Shown piece by piece: positions 62,343 through 64,000 of a stretch of DNA of 64,000 bases. The stretch lies in IMG/VR virus record IMGVR_UViG_3300045988_174992; one strand, written 5' to 3'. Within the stretch, counting starts at the first letter, position 1, and the number at the start of each line of letters is the position of its first letter. The translations under genes and the position numbers were made by a program. The DNA comes from a virus. Below the pieces are notes generated by a model, which saw nothing but the letters and a program-made list of their open reading frames with translations, did no database searches and was not told the DNA's origin.

Positions 62343-64000
62343 ATGGAAAAGGAATATAAGAATATAGAAAATGCAAACATAAATGAAGCAATGGCGCTTC
62401 TGAAAAATGATACCAAGTTAGAGATAAAGAATGTAATATGCTTCTATGTTGGAGAAAATAAAGTAAAGAGCTATGATGAGGCAGTAAAAGAAAAAGAAGA
62501 AGATTGGTCTTATCAAGACTATTTGACTATTTGCTGTCATAAGAGAAAGCTGAATCTTGTATGGTTGAATAAAGCTACGGTACGATTTACCTATTCTAAT
62601 CATATCATATCTATAGATGATGATATAACAGATATGCATTTCTCATTGAAGCATTCTAATATTCATGATACTATCATATTTCAAGGTCAGGCCAATGATG
62701 ACAATAAGAAAAACTATATTGGATTGATGAGAGCATTTGAATATGAAGGTTTCTTCATGCTGAATACTATAGATGAAATCATCATAGCATCTGACAAGTA
62801 TCTTGCATCTAACTTGCTAGCCAAAGAGAATATTCCACAACCTGGATATGTATTGATAACAAAAGAATTGATGGAAGACTTGAATACTGAATGCCATGAT
62901 ACTAGAGAAAGTTTCTGGAAGATGCTTGATTCTATTTATAAAGATAATGAGAACATAAATGAACTGAAAGAAAACAGGCAATATGTAGTAAAGATATTGA
63001 ATGGCAGTCTTGGTATTGGTGTATTCATTTGTAATCATGATGAAATAGAAGGAATACTGCAAGCAATGTTTACTGTTGACAAAGAAGCAGAATTCATCAT
63101 ACAAGAATATAAAGAGAATACTGGAGACATTCGTGTACATGCATTTTCTGTTGATGGTGCCAATTATGAGATACTTGCTTGCATGAAACGTGATAAGATA
63201 AGTGGTGACTTCAGAAGCAATGTTTCATTAGGAGCTAAGACTGAAGAATATCAGATGACAGACAAACAAAAAGAAATTGCATTGAAGGTCGCTAAGCTTT
63301 CTGGATGCAGATGGGTTGGTATTGACTTGATGGCTTGTACTGATGGAGACTTTGTTATAGAATACAATTCAAGTCCTGGTGTTCAAGGAATATCCCAACA
63401 AATCAAGCATAACATGTTTGATATTGTGATAGATAAGATAGAAGCATACATGAAGAATAATGCTATATATTATACTGATGACTTTGAATTTGGTCAAGAC
63501 AAAGGCAGATGCTTTACATCATACAATAAAGACACTATTCTTGAACTTTGGGAGCATGATTGGTCATTCATATCTAGCAAGAGACAAGAAGTAATGTACA
63601 ACTGCTTACTTATGCAACCAGGTCTTTTCTATAAGATACATGGTAAAGACAAACCAGAATATGGATTAGATTGCTCTGGATACATCAAATATGTAATGAA
63701 GAAGGCATTGAATGTAAAGACACCTAACATGTGTGTTGACTTCTTCACTATATTTACTGATAATGATTGGGAAAGAATATCTGTTGATGATCTTAAGCCT
63801 GGTGATATAGGTGTAAAGAATGAATCTACTATATTGAATCACTGTGGTATATATGCAGGTGCAGGAAAATGGTTTGATACTTCTTATCTTTATGGAGTAC
63901 AATTATCTGACTATTCACACTTCAAATACTTCTTTAGAATAAAGAATATAGATACTGATGCTTTGGGAGAAAAGACTGATCATTTAGTAAGAAAACTCAT
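62343..64000 (+). CDS. RimK-like ATP-grasp ligase 2 fused to a C-terminal NlpC/P60 cysteine peptidase domain (3-prime partial, runs off window)
   Basis: Not in the ORF track because there is no stop within the window. Hand translation from ATG 62343 is open to 64000. ATP-grasp motifs: VVKILNGSLGIGVFIC, IIQEYKENTGDIRVHAF, KISGDFRSNVSLGA, RWVGIDLM...VIEYNSSPG. NlpC/P60 motifs: YGLDCSGYIKYVMKK, KPGDIGV, LNHCGIYAG. Confidence 0.75.
   Translation, partial: MEKEYKNIENANINEAMALLKNDTKLEIKNVICFYVGENKVKSYDEAVKEKEEDWSYQDYLTICCHKRKLNLVWLNKATVRFTYSNHIISIDDDITDMHFSLKHSNIHDTIIFQGQANDDNKKNYIGLMRAFEYEGFFMLNTIDEIIIASDKYLASNLLAKENIPQPGYVLITKELMEDLNTECHDTRESFWKMLDSIYKDNENINELKENRQYVVKILNGSLGIGVFICNHDEIEGILQAMFTVDKEAEFIIQEYKENTGDIRVHAFSVDGANYEILACMKRDKISGDFRSNVSLGAKTEEYQMTDKQKEIALKVAKLSGCRWVGIDLMACTDGDFVIEYNSSPGVQGISQQIKHNMFDIVIDKIEAYMKNNAIYYTDDFEFGQDKGRCFTSYNKDTILELWEHDWSFISSKRQEVMYNCLLMQPGLFYKIHGKDKPEYGLDCSGYIKYVMKKALNVKTPNMCVDFFTIFTDNDWERISVDDLKPGDIGVKNESTILNHCGIYAGAGKWFDTSYLYGVQLSDYSHFKYFFRIKNIDTDALGEKTDHLVRKL

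Noticed and set aside
62343-64000. The six-frame track shows no plus-strand ORF over 62343-64000, only short minus-strand ORFs. This raised the possibility of stop-codon reassignment, which is known in some AT-rich gut phages.
   Set aside because: Hand translation in the standard code gives an uninterrupted ORF from ATG 62343 to the window end, with clear ATP-grasp and NlpC/P60 motifs. It is missing from the track only because it has no stop within the window. All other long genes are intact in the standard code.

Overview
This is an AT-rich, very densely packed dsDNA phage segment. I saw no rRNA, integrase or CRISPR. Most genes run on the minus strand in long co-directional arrays. Three plus-strand blocks hold other content: 5192-10899 and 15905-22501 carry large structural or fibre-like ORFs, and 61274-64000 carries an ATP-grasp gene pair. 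The recognisable content follows T4 logic. It includes a gp32-type ssDNA-binding protein, anaerobic ribonucleotide reductase nrdD (split by a 297-nt ORF-less group I intron) with nrdG, an Rnl2-type RNA ligase, and a T4 beta-glucosyltransferase-like enzyme. There is also a free-standing homing-endonuclease-like gene beside gene 32, and internal-protein-like genes that share a T4 capsid-targeting-sequence-like N-terminus. Host signals point to Bacteroidota: about 20 intergenic TTTG-N19-21-TAnnTT promoters, no Shine-Dalgarno sequences, and an OmpA-family protein with a Bacteroidota-style signal peptide. The unusual cargo is as follows. It carries DnaK plus DnaJ, NDK, a DHH/DHHA1 phosphoesterase, and a roughly 6.6-kb putative DNA-hypermodification and sugar-activation operon that includes a U32-family protein. 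It also carries tandem RimK-like ATP-grasp genes (the second fused to NlpC/P60 and absent from the ORF track because it runs off the window), a three-copy GC-rich intergenic element with a covarying hairpin, and a 65-nt tRNA-like element. All functional calls rest on motifs read by eye and on remembered family signatures. None has been verified by a database search.
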